Positions 50,012 through 62,961 are shown, counted from the first letter of the whole stretch. The stretch is DNA of 63,999 bases, filler included, from Circinaria calcarea (GCA_051942165.1; 17 parts of 17 records of this genome joined end to end with filler, not necessarily neighbours in it); one strand, 5' to 3'. The notes: generated by a model from the sequence alone, not told the origin. Program-made: numbers and translations.

Positions 50012-51450
50012 ATGACCCCTCAACCTAAGTCCATCCTCTATGAGTGCTATTAGAGAATCCCCTTGAATTTCCATCACTCTCGCCTGCTCGCGAAAGAGTA
50101 CGACTCCGAAGAAGGCGGGCTGCAGTCTCCTGTGTTTACACCTTTACGTGTAGTGCATCAACCTGACTTCGATGCTTTGGTAGAATTAGCACGGGGTGGG
50201 TGCGAGCTGTGCTGTGTGTTTATGGACTTATAGGTTTATACAAACAACAGCCGTGGGAAGGCAGTTTCAAGAGGCATCTATGTTTCTCGGCGACCTATAG
50301 GTACACTCCTCGTTACGATTTGGTTTATGTCAAACCGGATGACCGCCCTGGTGTCCATGGATTTCTCCATGGCAAGGTGCCGAGTCTATTTCTAGTCGAT
50401 GCGAGTGGCCAATGACTCTGTATACTAACAAAGGTAATCCCGTCGAAACTCTTTGGTATCCCAACTCCCAAGGGACACCAAGCATACTTAATAATATCAG
50501 ACACCACTAATCTGACCATCAGAGGACGTTACCGCTCGTGAAGAAGGCGAAATCATCAAGATATATATTGATACGAATCCGGCATCAGATGAAGCATTTG
50601 ATTTGGTTCGCTCGTGGGTAAATGAGTGCGATCTCAGACACACCAAGTGCCATCAAGCTGAAGGAAAGGTGCTGCCAACTCGTATCATCAACGTTGGGCA
50701 AACTGACCTATTTCTGGAGACATCGATACTCGCCTCAAGTGGTCAATCTCGAAAATATGCCGCCTTTAGTCATGTCTGGGGTGGAGGGTTGCCCCTACAG
50801 ACAACAAAGGCTACTTCCGAACAGCATCAGCATTTTATCCCTCTTGGAAAGCTCCCTCAGTCTTTTAAAGACGCTGTACACGTGACTCGGAGCCTTGGCA
50901 TTCAGTACCTATGGATTGACGCTCTTTGCATTATCCAAGACTCCACAGAAGACTGGGAGATGGAATGTGCGAAGATGGCCGATATCTTTAGGAACAGTAA
51001 CATTACTATTGCAGCCCCAGACGCAGTGAACAGCGATGCAAGCTTTCTACATAAACGGCATATACCGTCTGTGAGACTACCGTATCTAGATTTGAAGGGG
51101 AAGCCTTCCGGTTGCATATCCGTTCATCCGCGGGAGTTAATCGATGAGCTGCATTATAGTAACGACGTGCCCTTAAACTCTCGGGCCTGGGCATTTCAGC
51201 AGAAGCTCCTCTCCCGTCGAACGCTATACTATGGTAATCGCCAGAACTACTGGGAATGCGGTACAGCTGCGTACCACGAGTCTTCTGGAACTTATGACAC
51301 CCGAAGAGGGGCCCCGAGAGCCAGAGATAATCTACTCGGTGGGGATTGTGAGAGGAGGCTCCCGACGTCACGCCTGCAGGAATCGACCGGTTCGGTAGTG
51401 TATCGGCGTGCTCCCTAACATTGTCTGGACGGCTGAAAATGGCAGTAGCC
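50012..51450 (+). pseudogene. Degraded HET-domain gene
   Basis: Core LPTRII, YAAFSHVWG and YLWIDALCIIQD are intact. The N-terminus has stops (LYECY*RIP; CELCCVFMDL* at 50231), QER reads QQK, and the C-terminal motifs are missing after about 51300. Confidence 0.78.
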
Positions 51451-52465
51451 AGATACTCACCTTCAGACTTGTCTGTGCCTAGGGAGGAAAGTGGGAATCC
51501 GAGAGTGTGGAAGCTCTTTGACCTTTCATCGGCCAAAGAAGAAATAGGTAAGTGTAGGTTCGATTGCAATGATCTTATTTAACCAACTCCTGCAAATCCG
51601 GAGATAAATGTATGCTGCCTTTGCCTTGGCCAATGGAAAACGGGCCCTCACGATTGTATTCGAACCTCCGTTGCCTTAACCTTGACACCAATCAAAGGAA
51701 CACAGCCCGAAGTAGTCTCAAGACGTCGACGTCTGAATACCATCAACTCATCCTCACGTCCGGGACCTTTTAGTCGACATGAGCGAATGGGTTCTGCAAG
51801 AATCTGTATCGATCCACCCAATGGCAAAAGACCTTCGTGTGCCTCGACAGGTGCCGGACCTGATTGGTTCGAGGGTTGTGCAAAGACGGCAGTCAGCATT
51901 GTCTAAAGTTACCAGAGCAGCCTCCGGGATCCGGATCATGCTCGGCCGCAGGACCAGGTCCGAAGTCGGCGCGAGCACAGGTTTCCTCTTCATTCGCTTC
52001 GAAATTTTGCCGTTGGAAAAGTATGAAGCGGGAGGTGATCCATGTGAACGTACCTTGACTCCCCTGATGCGAATAACTCCGTTGCTCCCCCAATGTGCCC
52101 TTGGTGATATGCTAGACTCCAATTCCTATGAATGAATAAAGAAAGGGGAGGGATGGCGCCTACTGCATACCTTATTACCGAACCTCCTCAATTTCCCATC
52201 ACCCCCCCCTTTCTTCCCTTCATCTATCTACCTTTCCCTGATCCAGAGGATATGTGATTAAGCGGACGGTTACACTGAGGTGAACGGGTTAATCGTGGTA
52301 TGAAAGCATTAAATCTATCTGATTCTAGTATACATTTAGTGGAATCTCAACCTGGAATTTCCCTACTGCTCTATCCCAAAAACCCTGAGCATCATTGCCT
52401 TGCCCGAGGTAGTAGTAAAAAAAAGAGAATTCATGACAATTAGCGTTGACCCAATCCGAGTCTGT

Positions 52466-52930
52466 TTAGGCGTGGATTCGTTCTTGTACTTTCGGGTAGA
52501 CAGCAATCATGCGTGCGTACAGATCAGGGTGATCACGCATTAAGACTTCGGGATCCCAGGCCGTCGCCACAAAAATGGTGTCAACGCCTGATCCGATCGG
52601 AGTTACAATGATCTGAGAGACCTGGAGTCCGATGAGGAATGCGTAAGCCATAATCACCGGCGTGTAAGTGCCTGTCCTGTTATAACCGGGGTCGGTGAAC
52701 TGAACGTAGAGATATGCTAGGAGAGCACAGAGATAGGCAACAAAGGTGGAGCCCATTGTGAGGACGGGGCCGACTAAGCAATCGTTGACAAGAGCGTCGA
52801 TTCCACGGTTCTTCATCATGGTCCAGGTGTCCTTTGCGGCAGGGATATAAGCCTTTCCGTAGAGAGCAATGTATGAGAAAGCATAGCGATTGATAAATTG
52901 CACTGCCCAGTTGAGCAGACCAACCAGACA
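52466..52930 (-). CDS. PNS1: Choline transporter-like protein Pns1, C-terminus (5' partial)
   Basis: FINRYAFSYIALYGKAYIPAAKDTW, GIDALVND, SGVDTIFVA, DPEVLMRDHP. Confidence 0.88.
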   Translation of the reverse strand, partial: CLVGLLNWAVQFINRYAFSYIALYGKAYIPAAKDTWTMMKNRGIDALVNDCLVGPVLTMGSTFVAYLCALLAYLYVQFTDPGYNRTGTYTPVIMAYAFLIGLQVSQIIVTPIGSGVDTIFVATAWDPEVLMRDHPDLYARMIAVYPKVQERIHA

Positions 52931-53030
52931 NNNNNNNNNNNNNNNNNNNNNNNNNNNNNNNNNNNNNNNNNNNNTTAATTAATTAANNNNNNNNNNNNNN
53001 NNNNNNNNNNNNNNNNNNNNNNNNNNNNNN

Positions 53031-55495
53031 CTGTTTCGAAAGCGAAATGTAATCTCCGGTCCTTTTCTAGGAACTTTACGTTCAGGCTCAGGTGCCCAAG
53101 TTTCGGTAGGCAAATGGTCAGATGGATCAATGATTCGACCATCATTACCAATGATTGGACCTTCCTCAACTTTTTCTTCCTGTTCTCGAAGACGAGCAGC
53201 ATCTCTGGCCTGCTCTGGCGTATTATATTTAGCACTCGATTTGTTAATACTCGATCCCGACTTCAAATTAGGATTAAATTCCTCATAAGAATCTGGCGAG
53301 AAAGGAATTGGAGATACTCTTTGTTCACAAGGACTTGCTTCTGGATGAGGACTCACTGATTTTCGCATCGGAGTTCGAGGATCTGGACTGACTAGTCCTG
53401 GTTTGACTGTAGGTCGAGAAGCCCGATGAGATCTGGGTTCGACTGCGTGGTTATCCCGAGGTCGAATCGGATTATGATGATCGTAGAATGGTAGCTGACG
53501 CTGCCTTGATTCTGGTTCTTGTACAGGAGAGCGCTCATGCACCGGTACAGGACTCGAGTTCTCGTACTGGGGTAATGCAATTCGCCTCTGCTGGCCATCA
53601 AGAACTGGCAAAGCGGTATAGGTAGGTGATTGCCCATACACTTGGTTTGGTCGGGTACTCATTCGTTTTTCGTGATTCATCCGAGCTGACTCAGCTTCAG
53701 CTATACTTGGATCATAGCCAGGTACAAGACTCGGTGGTATTTCCTGATTATAATGATCATCCGCCGAGAAAGATGCTGGACCTTCAGATTTGCGTCTGGC
53801 AGAGGCACTGTAGGAAGTGATACTGGAACCGGCGGGCGCTGAATAGGCTGAAAGTTGAGTATTCGAAGGTGATGCGGATAATGCCCGTCCATCTGACGTC
53901 AAACCGTCGTCGTACTCTGGAGGAAGGTTGGCATTTAGACTCCTTTTCCCGTGTCGGATGTTGAGTGGTGCTGGAGCTGTGATGGGAGGATGTGTCTGCT
54001 GAGATTTATGTTCAATTATATGGCTTAATGGCTGTAAAGCAACGCTTCGGTGCGCCGGTGGTAGTGGAGGAGGTCCTTCATCGTCGATGATTGCTTGGGT
54101 TTCCGCTTGCTCATAGTTGTAGATGTGATCGAACGATTGATGCCGTAGGGGGCTCGAATCATAGCCATTGCGCCCAGAATATTTCATATCCACAGCTTGA
54201 TATTGCCGCTGCTGTCTACCGTCCGCGACGAGCCGATGTTGAGGAAGGGTATCTGCGGGACTTGAGTGGGAACCACCGTAATTATGCTGATTCGAGACAG
54301 GTTGGACAGAGGGCCTCGACTCTCTATAGCCATACTCGGGTGATTGAGGAAGGTCTAAGTCCTGTAAGTCTTGTAAGTCTTGTTGTGCAGGTTGCTGACG
54401 GATTGGAGGCGGCCTGTCCGAAGCTTGCTGATATTCCGAAGGATTTTGTTCTCGATTTCCCAAGTAAGTTGCGTTGTGCATTCCTTGTTGGTATTGGCTA
54501 AAATCTGATTCGATAGAGTCGACGACATCAGGTAATGAGTGATATCGTTCCGGCTGCGGCATATGCACTAGCTCTTGGGGATATTTGCAGGACGAACTGT
54601 TACCGTGCGAATTGGTACCGTGGGAGGCGTGCGGGTATGAGCTATGGACTGCGGGTGCTGCCATCGTGTCATGGCCAAATTGTGGTGACTGGCGGTTTGG
54701 AGAGTCGCCATAATCAATAGACTCATGCACAGTATGGATAGGAGCACCGTTTCCTTGTGGGAGAGGTCGTTGGGGCGTATATGGCAGAGGTGAGGATTGC
54801 GCATGATCGGGCATGACGGGACGCTGGGGCGATGGACTGGCTGAGATTGGATCAGCAGGCAAGGGACGCCGTTTCACAGGTTTAGGCTGCCTTGGTCCGC
54901 CGAGGGCTTCGCCTCCTCGGTCTTTGTTTGCAATGGCTGTCGGCGAAGCTTGAGCCTCTGGTGGTTTCTCTTCCTTTGGCCGGGTGTCGTAATAGGTGAG
55001 CTCAATGCGGATCTCACCCGCATATCTTCCTTTACAGTTGAGGTTATGCCAAAGATCGTTCTGGCCTCCTCCAGGCACCACCACTTTGGCCAGCGGCACC
55101 CATGTCTCTCCAATGAGATCCGTCTTCTTATCATCATTGAATACGGATACCTTGAGCTGATAGTAATCCGGGGAGTCATGGACAGTAAACCGTAATTCGT
55201 TATCCCTAGGATCGCGTTAGACAGAGTCAACATGGCATTCTCTCGGGCAGCTTCTATCTTACCATCGGGGTGTCTGCCCTCCTCTTTTATCTGTCTCCGT
55301 CTTCTTTGCTTCCTTGCCCAGCCGTGCAGCACAATATGGATCCTGCTTCCCCATTGTCTTTCGATTTGGTAGGTTCTTCGCTCGATCCACAATTACCACC
55401 AAAGTGCCAATGTCCGGTCCATCGACGGTCATGTCAGCGTAGATTCCAGCTGTGTGAGCTCCTGCCATGGCGGCTTTCGCCATCTTAGAAGCCAT
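53031..55495 (-). CDS. INN1: C2-domain cytokinesis (ingression) protein Inn1/Fic1 (3' partial)
   Basis: GTLVVIVDRAKNLPN..KQDPYC..TDKRGGQTPRW|DNELRF..KGRYAGEIRIELTYY followed by a long Pro-rich tail. Confidence 0.85.
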
Positions 55496-56288
55496 GCCGG
55501 TGTGATGCACGACCAATTTGACGCCGTCAGAGGGTATTCGAATTTCAGTGATGCTAAAATGACGGACGCGAGTACTTTTGATGCAGTCCTCAGCATGACC
55601 GACAGGGGAGGCGATTCGTGGTGTTGCCAAAGCTTCGTGTCTCGAAGGGGCTGGGGCCAAAGGAGGCTGCGAGTTGACGACGCTTCAATTGAACGCATAC
55701 CGACCAGCGCCAAAGGTCCTTAATCTCGCCATTCTTCTCCGTAGCAAACACTATCATCAAAAGAAGATAATCGTTTACGATCCAGTGTGGACGTACGACA
55801 GCACAAGGGGGGCACTGGGGGCTCAACAATCCGATGTTTACCAAGACCCGGACTCGGGGCTCGGGAGATGGCCGCCAGGATGACGAGGCGGAGGTTCTTA
55901 TCTTAGAAGCGAGGGAATTCCTGCCTCTGACATGTAACATTCTTTCTACTTGGTTATATCTATTTTCTTGCCATTGAGACTTACAATCTCTTGATTGGTT
56001 TCATAGAAGACATTCACTGGACATTGTGGGTCCTGCTCGAGCGTTACGCGTTGGTCGGGATTCATTGGGGGGTGAAGGCAAACGCAACGATGGCGGTGTT
56101 TGGATTTACAAGCAGCATCACAGGTCGGGCTTCAATCCGAATAGGCTCAGAGATGTTCTGCCTTTAGCTACTTGCTTCCGTGCTAGCTACTGGCTCTGGT
56201 ACCCGCTTCATCTCTGCTGTCTAGCATACAGTATCTTTTGCAACTCTGTATCGATGGCGGTCTCTTGCTCGCTTCCTTCGTCTACTTC

Positions 56289-56645
56289 CTAACACCCGAT
56301 ACAATGCGTGGGTTCATCACAAAAGCAGGTGCAGACGGCATTGCAGAGGTCGTCGGAATGGCGATAGAGGACATTCCCGACCCGGTCGCAATGGTAGTTA
56401 TAGTAGTATGAAAAGCACGATTTCACCCCGCCACAATGAATATGACATTCATTTGCAACGTCGGACGAGCTTGGGATTTCTGCAGTGCCAGGTGTGTCTT
56501 GAACTGGAAGAGCCAGAGCTGTGCGGGAAGGCATGGCGAGAAGTACCAGTGAGGCTGTGGGCGAATCACGACGAGTTTAGTCGAATGACAGGAGATTGGT
56601 TCTCTGGAAGGGTGGCATACCTTTGATGATGGACGAGTACAGCAT
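56289..56645 (-). CDS. Small secreted cysteine-rich protein (96 aa, 10 Cys)
   Basis: Exon 1 (56645-56621), intron 56620..56555 (GTATGC...CACAG) and exon 2 give MLYSSIIKASLVLLAMPSRTALALP...CHIHC..C..C..CNAVCTCFC..CIGC. Confidence 0.8.
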
Positions 56646-57875
56646 TGTCAGGACTCGAGGGTGTTGAGAGGGACAAGGATGAGCTGGAAAACTCTGAGAT
56701 AGGTNNNNNNNNNNNNNNNNNNNNNNNNNNNNNNNNNNNNNNNNNNNNTTAATTAATTAANNNNNNNNNNNNNNNNNNNNNNNNNNNNNNNNNNNNNNNN
56801 NNNNGGTGAGGAGTAGGTGGAGGGAGGATAGTGGGTAGTGGGTTGTGGAGGGGATTTAGGGAGGAGAGCAGAGAATGAGGTGGAGATGATTAGGAATGAA
56901 GCTCTCACTTTCGGTACGTACGCCCAAAAGTCGTATTGTCTATATCATCTTAAGTCTCGCACTTCCTTGTGACGGGTTTCAGTCGAGGTTGATTGAACAA
57001 TTCAGTGTCCCTGCTTGCAGCTGTCAAGTAGCTGAATAAGCCATTGAAGATGATTGTCTTACAAGTCACTCCTACTTCCCGCCCACTTTCATAGTGGGTT
57101 CTTCTTATACAATAAACTTTCTCGCCATCTCTCGGCATCCTGTGATACGCTCTTACAGCCGATCTTATCAAAGGCTTTCGGTATCAACAGCTATTTGGAA
57201 GGGCTGTGACATCCAGCTAAGTAATAATATTGGTCCTGCCATCCAGTATGATTTGTCTAATCGCCAACAGTACGATAAGGGGGGCAATAAGTCCGGCCAT
57301 TTCTATCAGCGCTCTAATCCTCGTCCACATTTTCCATGGCAGTAACGCTTTCAATAACCGCTTTGTTCCGACACGAAACCAGAGGAAATACTTCTTTCGT
57401 CAATATTGTCGTGTTAGAAGCACAGAAGTATAGGCTCAAACCGAATGTATACAAAGAAGCGGGAGAAGGAAACTTAAAAGATTTATATACGTCTTCACTC
57501 TTTCTAACCATGTGGACGCAGGATACGTGTTTGTTATTTCCTGTTTTCCCTCCCCAACCCAAAAGTGGTTCGGCCGCTTGAAAAAATAAACCGCCCCGAG
57601 GACTTGACAGGACTTCGTAAAGTCCTTTTGCATATTATGCTCACGCTAAGTATCTAACTATCGCTTCCTGTACCTGCGGGTGTTCGGGCGTCTATTCTCT
57701 CAAATGACAACATCGATTCATTTCGCGTTTGATCCCCACGTGGTATGGCAACGCGTGATTATTCATTGCTGGTAGATGACATCAATTTAAACAAAATCGT
57801 GGGACGAAGCCAGTATACCTACATGTTCCTGCTCTCTTCTACTACCAGATAGTTTGAAATCACACCGCATCCACC

Positions 57876-60027
57876 ATGGCCCTAGGCCGTACCCAAACGG
57901 CCGAATTCGAGACAACACGACGGTTATTCGCCTACCTCGTCAATGAGAGTCTTGTTCGCACCACGATTGTGCATGAAGCAGAGTCGGAGAACGAGATCGC
58001 TAATTGGATGGAACTTCTAAGCGTGAAAGAAACTCAAGCAACAGCAAGGAGGCCTAGAATTCGCGTTGCCAGAAGCTCAGATGCTACGCTTAGTCGGACT
58101 GGGAAGCCACCGAGTACCTTAAGCTTTCTGCAACCAGAAGATCTGGCTCCACCTGTCATCATCGAGTACAGAACCAGTATTGATGATGAAGGAAGCTCAA
58201 AGGAGGTGAAGGAGTTTCATCCTGCAGTACTTTTCGATGTCATTGCTACTTAGTACTTGGAAGAGGGACCCATAAACTCCGTGGTCCAGGAACAGATTGC
58301 TGAGGAGCTAACCAATTCTGCAAAGAATCAAAGTCAGTTCTATTCGTTCTTTATAAAGACGGCTAACTGAACTTGTATACATATAGAGGAATGGTTCCGT
58401 ATCGCTTCGGAGGATTCCGCTCCAGGACTGGGGGATGAATCCATCAAGTGGGAGAGGGCAATCATAAGAGGCCATCCTACTCATCCTTTAAGGTTCTTCA
58501 TATAACATGCCCCTTGTATCATGTTCTTTACATGGGCTCACGCACCTATAACGCTCTTTCCTTTGAGATACTAGATCGTTAGTTTGATGCCATCAAACAA
58601 TCGTTCACCACTTCTAAATGTTACGCTCTGACACTGTTAATCATCAAGCGCTAGATGCACCACTCGTGTATTGCCATACCACCCCTTCAACGTATCGAAC
58701 CCACAGATCTCCTCTCTGTGATAAACCCTTCGATAGGATTTCTCTCAACACCATATTCGGACGTCCTGCTTGTTAGCCCTTTTATAGATACTCTCCTACC
58801 GCTCTTAGAACAGCTTGGCATCTCTCAACCAGCACAAGGTCGTTTAATCGTCCCCTGTTTGGCCCGTCAAATCCCAATCGTTCTCCAAACTTTCCAAGAT
58901 GTGCAGGTAATCCCGACGAGACCTCTAACTGCTCTCGCACAAGCCTCTCTTCGTACCGTTCAGTTATCATCCGAAGCCGAATTCCCTTGTATACTGAAAT
59001 TTGCTTTATGCTGCAGGGTTACTTCCGCCATCCGAAAAGTGACACCATGGACTGCTAGCGTTGGACCTGAAATGTCGGAGCTTCTGACAAAGCTTCTACC
59101 TGCTCAACTGTGGGTCTGTACAGAGATAGCAGCTGTGACTGGCAGTCAACAGGATTTTGAGGAGGCCAAGGTCCTAACATGCCTGTTACGCGAGGACCTA
59201 GAACCTCGGGCGAAGGAAAAGGGCCAGACACTTATCGTAGCCGCTGCACTGGCTGAAAGCGGTCCTAACAATGACATGTCGAATGCCGAGAGTGTATTTG
59301 GCTTGAGTACAGTAGAAAAAAGGAGGAAATGGATCCGGAGGTAAGATCTTTTTTCTTGCATCTCGCATCCACAACATTCCTGTCAATCAAGTTAAGTTGT
59401 GTCTGTCACTGACAGTATCGTTTTGTTATTATTTATAGCTACAGCTCTATTCTCCTCCGCCTGACTCTTCAACCGCTCTTGAAGTACGGCATAGCACTCC
59501 CATGGCCAAAACATGCTCGTGCGGGTTGACATCTGGATGCAAGAAATCGCCGGTTTCGCCATCCGTGACTTCGGTGGAATCAAGATCCACATGCCTACTT
59601 TGCGGCAACAAGGCTATGACTTGAGAAGCGCCCTCCCCGGAAACGTCATGCAGACAAATGATCTTAGTAAAGTATGGGCACGTACTCACCATGCACTCTT
59701 CCAAATCCATCTGAATCAGCTCATTTGGGCGCTTCGCCTACAAAATGAAGGGGGTTGGGCGGTTGTTCGGGAGGAGCTGAAGGGCTTTGTGGGCGATGAG
59801 GTTGAAAATAGGGTAGTCGCAAAGGAGATGGAGCAGTATTTTCTACGGGAGACTATGCCCATGAAGTGCTTTTTGAGGATGAGGATCGAGGGAATCTATA
59901 GGACCGTGAGTTTTACCTCCTTGCTCTGTTCTATTTGCTTGGGTGAGAAGAACCGGTTGGCTAACAATCTAATGTGGAACTCGCACAGTATATCTATCGA
60001 GACATGCCGAATGTCTTGCTCAGCTGA
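57876..60027 (+). pseudogene. IucA/IucC-family NRPS-independent siderophore (NIS) synthetase, disrupted
   Basis: Motifs WERAIIRGHPTHP, QASLRTV, KFALCCRVTSAIR, HGQNML, RDFGG. Lesions: in-frame TAG at 58251, non-GT donor TTAAGG at 58488, frameshift at about 59500. Confidence 0.85.
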
Positions 60028-60578
60028 ACTTCAGCAGGTGCTCTTATGCCCCTGTTAGTCCGCTCGCTGTTCAAGTCCTTCAAGTGTTAATCCATGCTAC
60101 ATGCTTGCTAGCGTTGAAAGAAGAAAAGTCTACTGTCGAAAAACCATGAATGGGAAACCAAGGTCAAATAGGGCATGACTATGGTTCTGTTTCACATAAA
60201 TGGAGAAAAGCTGCAATCTATTTCACTGCTTAATCTCTCATACATCTCATTGGGAGACTCATAACTCTCTTTTAGTGTTGGCAATCGTCTGGACCGTCGA
60301 ACTCTTAGGCTTGGACTCGATTGAACTATTAGAAAAGACTGGCCGGACCGGGCTCATGCATTACTTTTTTGGACCGTCGGTTTGTGTAGACTACAGTTCA
60401 AAAGGTTAGCCTCAAGGAGAGACGCCTGATCATGAAGCCCCATCGCTCGGGAGTTAAGCGAGTTTCGACCGAAGTTCGNNNNNNNNNNNNNNNNNNNNNN
60501 NNNNNNNNNNNNNNNNNNNNNNTTAATTAATTAANNNNNNNNNNNNNNNNNNNNNNNNNNNNNNNNNNNNNNNNNNNN

Positions 60579-62961
60579 CTTCATCATACCACTATTGAAT
60601 GCAGGAGCTGATATTAACGCCCCTTATCTCGGAAAGTATGGTTCATATCGGGGCATGACGGCTTTAGGGTTTGCTTGTCTGTATTCGAGGTTAGAAACTG
60701 TTCAAAAGCTTTTATCTTCTGGAGCGAAACTATCCCTTCGTGATGAGATGGGGAGATCTCCGATTCATCTCGCCTTAACGCCAAGTTCAATAAGAATTGA
60801 TGGCTCTCAAAGATTGCTTCTAACATCTCTACTAGAGGCGGGCGCTGATATATGTGCTCGTGATAAAAGAGGCTATTCTCCCGCCAACATAGCAATGCTA
60901 TATCAAGATATCGATAGCCTTGCTACCCTAATGGATGCTGGTGGTGACGTGACTTATCCAATGGAGACAGCCATCCGTGATAATGGATATTCCAAGCTCT
61001 CCTGGACTATAGCAAATCGCTGGCTTACTTATCCAAGGGAGAGAGCCATCCGTGATAATGGATATTCCAAGCTCTCTTGGACTATAGCAAACCGCTGGCA
61101 TCTTGTTTTCACGTTTCTACTGGGCCGGCACGATATTGACGCTCATGATCTCGATCCGATATCTGGGAAATCTGTGCTTCACCTCCTGGCGCAGAATCTT
61201 GACAGACGTATGTTGGTAATCTTTGAGGAGGCGGTAGATTTACATGGTTTCAGGACCGATGCGGTTTCCTGTCTTGTTGACAACCCTAAAGCCTTCATGC
61301 ACTTAGAATCGGAAGAGAATTATGCCGCCAAACAGGGGTTTCTTAACCTTATGCGAAGGGTTAAAATTGAAAACCCTGTACATCGGGTTACAAGGGTCGT
61401 GGATTCAGATGTCATCAAAGGTTCAACCAAGCGATTGTCATCTCAATCGGGCAACTATTTGCAGGCAATCGAATACAAATATAATGATGGAGACAGTCCG
61501 CTTTCGACCGCTACACCTTCTGGCGTTTCTTTTCTGGAAGAGTCCGACAGTGATGACCAGGACTTGGACCACGAATTTGCCTTGATGTCATGGCATCCTA
61601 AAAGAAATACGGCCCGTCGGAAAGCCCAATCTGAATTCCATGACTCAGGATATGTTTCCGCTGAATCTGAGTATGCGACTGGACACGAAAATATAGCTGC
61701 AAGTGATCCTATTAGGCTGAAAAGACGCAGGATAGGAATCAAGGATGGTCTCGGTGGATATTTCACCATACACGAAATACAACCTGCAGTTGCAACCCTC
61801 ATCGATGACCAAGAGAAATTTGCTTCCAGTACTCAGACGAACCAACTAGAACCCGATTTCAGTTTCACCCATTTTTTATCAAAAGCATTCGCTCCTTGGC
61901 CAGTAATGGTTTGGAGTATGCTTGGCAAGATGAAGAGACATTTGATACAAGTGTTACGACCTCGCATTCCGGCTGGATTTAGTAGAATATCGTGGAACTG
62001 CGTGAGTGAGCTTCCGATTTTATTTACTGCTTACTGATGGCCTTAGGATTGCGGTGCCGAGTTACACGCCGACTTTCCATCTAATGATTCAGACGGTATT
62101 ACACTGTTGGCGGCGGCCCTCGGAGCTTCCTCAGTTACGTCAAGCAGTTCCAGAGGCGACGAATCACTACCATCTTTGCCTCATTCTGCTCATCTAGGCT
62201 CATGTACTGGACAGAATAGACCCATATCAAGTCAGCAGTCACCGCAACGTAATCAAACCATAGACAATGATAATTCCAGCGCACAGCTCCTGGTTTCCAC
62301 ACGTATACCCCGCTTCTTTGAGCTTTGTATCAACATGGGCAACTTTTGGCAATCTCTCGGTGAAATCGATCTTACCTACGTTGATAATGACAACTCCCTT
62401 GGTCAGAAGATCAGCGATAGGTACTATGAAGTTCGGGGTTTTCGGACAAAGCAGCATTTCCTACTGAAGCCTGTAAACATCAAATACGTTTCTTTCGGGT
62501 TAGAAAACAGACACAAAGTGCATATCTTCGAGGAAGACTCCGTCCCCACTCATACGGACCACTACGAATGGAACCCATGCCCACCGAAGTACTGTCCTCC
62601 TTGGGGACCTGTGCCGCGAAGTGCAATCTTGCACTGGCTAACAAGATGTAAGGCCACAAATACGGGGGATGGAACCAAAGCCACGTGGTTGAACCGACTT
62701 CCCAAAAAGCTCCATGAATCCATCACACAATGCAGTGATGACTTACCGACAGCTTGGGGGATCCACATTATTGAAGGACCAGATAGAGCTCGGATACTAT
62801 GGACTATGATAATTGTTCTAGCAACATACCTTGGACCAGTGGTAGCATATGTGGTTGTGGCTAAGGACGTGCAGGGCGCTACTGGGATAGGTGGGATGGC
62901 CGTGGCGGTGTTGACGTTGCTCTGGATGTTGATGAAGATTGAGGAGTGGAAGGATATATAG
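60579..62961 (+). CDS. Ankyrin-repeat protein with C-terminal two-TM domain (5' partial)
   Basis: AGADIN, GMTALGFAC, GRSPIHLA, GKSVLHLLA; intron 62002-62047 joins WNC|DCGAELHADF; LPKKL..WGIHIIEGP, then two hydrophobic helices flanking DVQGA. Confidence 0.82.
60952..61099 (+). repeat. 75-bp in-frame tandem duplication
   Basis: TYPMETAIRDNGYSKLSWTIANRW / TYPRERAIRDNGYSKLSWTIANRW; copies start at 60952 and 61027. Confidence 0.95.

Noticed and set aside
56289..62961. Apparent cluster of Cys-rich peptide, NIS synthetase and ankyrin gene
   Set aside because: Three separate contigs; the adjacency is an artefact of length sorting.
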